Shown here: positions 38,594 to 38,923 of the stretch, piece by piece
How the letters are laid out: each line of letters begins with the position of its first letter
Numbering within the stretch: the stretch's first letter is position 1
Source: an uncultured Candidatus Sumerlaeota bacterium
GTDB lineage: Bacteria; CAYMEV01
Direction: 5' to 3'
Length of the DNA: 38,923 nt
Assembly (NCBI GenBank): GCA_964389675.1
Contig: CAYMEV010000029.1
Span: 1-38,923 of the forward strand
Position numbers and translations under genes: made by a program
The notes under the pieces: model-generated
What the model was told of the DNA's origin: nothing
The model's database searches: none
What the model saw: only the letters and a program-made list of their open reading frames with translations

Positions 38594-38923
38594 TTACTGA
38601 TTCTCCTCGAATTCCTTTTCATCTATATCAAAATTGCTGTAGATATTCTGCACATCATCATGATCTTCAATCTTGTCTATAAGGTTCAGCAGCTGCTGGG
38701 CCTTCTTACCCTCCAGAGGGATATGGGATGTCGGTATCATTGATAGTTCCGATGATTCTATATTTAATCCCCTGGATTTGAGAAGATCAAGAATATCCTG
38801 ATATTTATCAGGTTCTGTGATTATCTCAAACATATTATCCTCTGTTTTCAGGTCCTCGCAACCCATATCCAGGATTATTTCCAGCAGGGAATCTTCATCT
38901 ATCTCGGTGCATGCCATGGTTAT
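38594..38923 (-). CDS. yebC: YebC/PmpR family protein, 5' end outside the window
   Basis: C-terminal IDKIEDHDDVQNIYSNFD; the position upstream of ruvC is the usual one. Confidence 0.93.
   Translation of the reverse strand: MTMACTEIDEDSLLEIILDMGCEDLKTEDNMFEIITEPDKYQDILDLLKSRGLNIESSELSMIPTSHIPLEGKKAQQLLNLIDKIEDHDDVQNIYSNFDIDEKEFEENQ

Noticed and set aside
35393..38923. ruvCAB proximity as part of the duplicated system
   Set aside because: yebC-ruvC-ruvA-ruvB-queA is a common conserved housekeeping cluster and lies about 10 kb from the operons.

Overview
Chromosomal window from an AT-rich bacterium; the lineage cannot be assigned from sequence alone. The right end is housekeeping (yebC-ruvC-ruvA-ruvB-queA, asnA, ferritin-like protein, AarF/UbiB kinase, AI-2E permease). 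The left and centre are accessory. The main signal is a duplicated, uncharacterised three-gene operon of exported proteins: a small 10-cysteine protein, a ~350 aa unknown and a ~625 aa beta-sandwich/carboxypeptidase-regulatory-like protein. It occurs as two strongly diverged copies (14686-18098 and 21497-25031). Each copy lies behind the same sigma70-type promoter with a G10 tract in the -35/-10 spacer (TTGACA-19 bp-TATAGT), the layout of a phase-variable promoter. Copy 1 is bracketed by a perfect 327-bp direct repeat and carries collinear decayed scraps of the genes that surround copy 2. Copy 2 has a pseudogenised copy-1-type Cys gene ahead of its own, a G9 tract inside its large gene and a truncated IS91/ISCR-like transposase at its end. 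Separately, a secreted reprolysin-like metalloprotease gene at the left edge (absent from the ORF track) is out of frame with its ATG because of a 10-bp tandem repeat in the signal-peptide region. Also present: an sAC-like cyclase-STAND-TPR protein, two amidohydrolases, dinB, a gingipain-like C25 protease with DUF5648-type repeats and an IS1202-like remnant. All family calls come from motif recognition by eye; no searches were run.
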